Below are positions 62,988-64,000 of a stretch of 64,000 bases of DNA, piece by piece (the stretch's first letter is position 1; each line of letters opens with the position of its first letter). The notes beneath the pieces are model-generated. The model made no database searches. It was given only the letters and a program-made list of their open reading frames with translations, and had not been told where the DNA came from. The stretch is from Felis catus (Eukaryota). The translations under genes were made by a program, and so were the position numbers. The stretch spans positions 62,001 to 126,000 of the forward strand of contig NC_058368.1 in the NCBI RefSeq assembly GCF_018350175.1. The letters run 5' to 3'.

Positions 62988-64000
62988 TATTCTGTCAAAT
63001 TTAGGTAATGAAATTCTCTGGGTTGGTATTTAAAAGAGAAAAGAGGAAGAACTTGCAATGTTACAACTAAGTGGAAATATAAAACACATATTCTCACACT
63101 TGAGTAACCTCACTTACGGAGGTTTCCATCTGGAGATAGGAGGAGGGGGGGATACACTAAGGAAATGACATGAGTTGAGACAGGATCCTACTGGTCATGG
63201 GCTGTGGTTCTCTGGGCCTTCTCTGCCTGAAATGTTCTCCCACACCCCCCTCCATTTTTTTTTTTTTTGGCCTGGCCAATTTTTATACATTCTTTAGTTC
63301 CTTGTCTAAACATCATGTCTTCAGAGAGGAACTCTCTCCCTACCATCCACTAACCACATACTCTTTCAGAACTTGCTACTTTCCAACACTGTATGATTTG
63401 GGACTATATTTTTAATTCTGCTATCTTCATTTTATACTGTTTTCCTCACTAGACATTAGTTTTACAAGGCCAGGGACCTCCCCAGTGTATCCCTAGCTCC
63501 TGAGACAGTGTCAGGTACAGTAGCACATAATGGCAGTCCAACATGTATTTGTGGAATGAATGAATATTCTTGGTATCTTCTCTGCAGCTGTGGGGTTGAA
63601 TTAGGTGACCCCGGTATTTTCCAGTTATAAGGGTCCCAGTGTGTGCTCTGACTCCAGTAGAGGTTAGGGTAGAAGGTGGGTGAGGGAACAACAGCAGAAG
63701 GGAGCTGGAATCCTGCCCCAGCTTGACCAGGAAGGGGTGCAGGCGGGCTGGCTCTCTGGCCAGGGCGGGGGCCATGCCAGCCCTGGTGGGTGTGGAGTTG
63801 GAGTACCTGGTGCCAGCGTATGGGTCCTGGCAGGCACAGGCGCAGGCACAGGGAGGAAGGGAGAATGGTTGGAGATGCGTGCAGACTTCCTGGGCCAGTT
63901 GCTACAGGGGCCTATCACGGTGTATCACGTGTTGGCATCTCGTACTTGTGGCCACAAAACTTCTTGGCACATCAGATGACTAGTGGCAAGGTGGCCTTTC

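Noticed and set aside
63660..64000. Start of PGLYRP3 at the window end
   Set aside because: No signal-peptide exon or PGRP motif recognisable in the ORFs here

Overview
Mammalian genomic DNA from a carnivore, probably a felid (abundant tRNA-derived Can-SINEs and carnivore L1s). The right half holds one complete protein-coding gene on the + strand, peptidoglycan recognition protein 4 (PGLYRP4; 8 coding exons, 41983-53185, about 371 aa, frame open across all GT-AG junctions), among ordinary SINE, LINE, LTR and DNA-transposon relics. The left ~38 kb has no recognisable S100 gene, although S100A9 is the near 5' neighbour of PGLYRP4 in human. It instead resembles relic subtelomeric or pericentromeric DNA: a ~110-bp tandem satellite with an internal palindrome, split by a full-length L1; an ~8-kb degenerate TG-rich tract with two solo LTRs; a 3'-truncated L1; a ~400-450-bp tandem repeat; and degenerate (CCCTAA)n arrays. 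The most notable element is a CpG island (~30.9-33.2 kb) with two tandem, strongly diverged U1 snRNA-derived genes. Their U1-type promoters (octamer-like DSE, GC boxes, PSE) are much better preserved than their RNA bodies. Comparisons to human and mouse sequences are from recall and need confirming by alignment. Repeat family names and many repeat boundaries are approximate.
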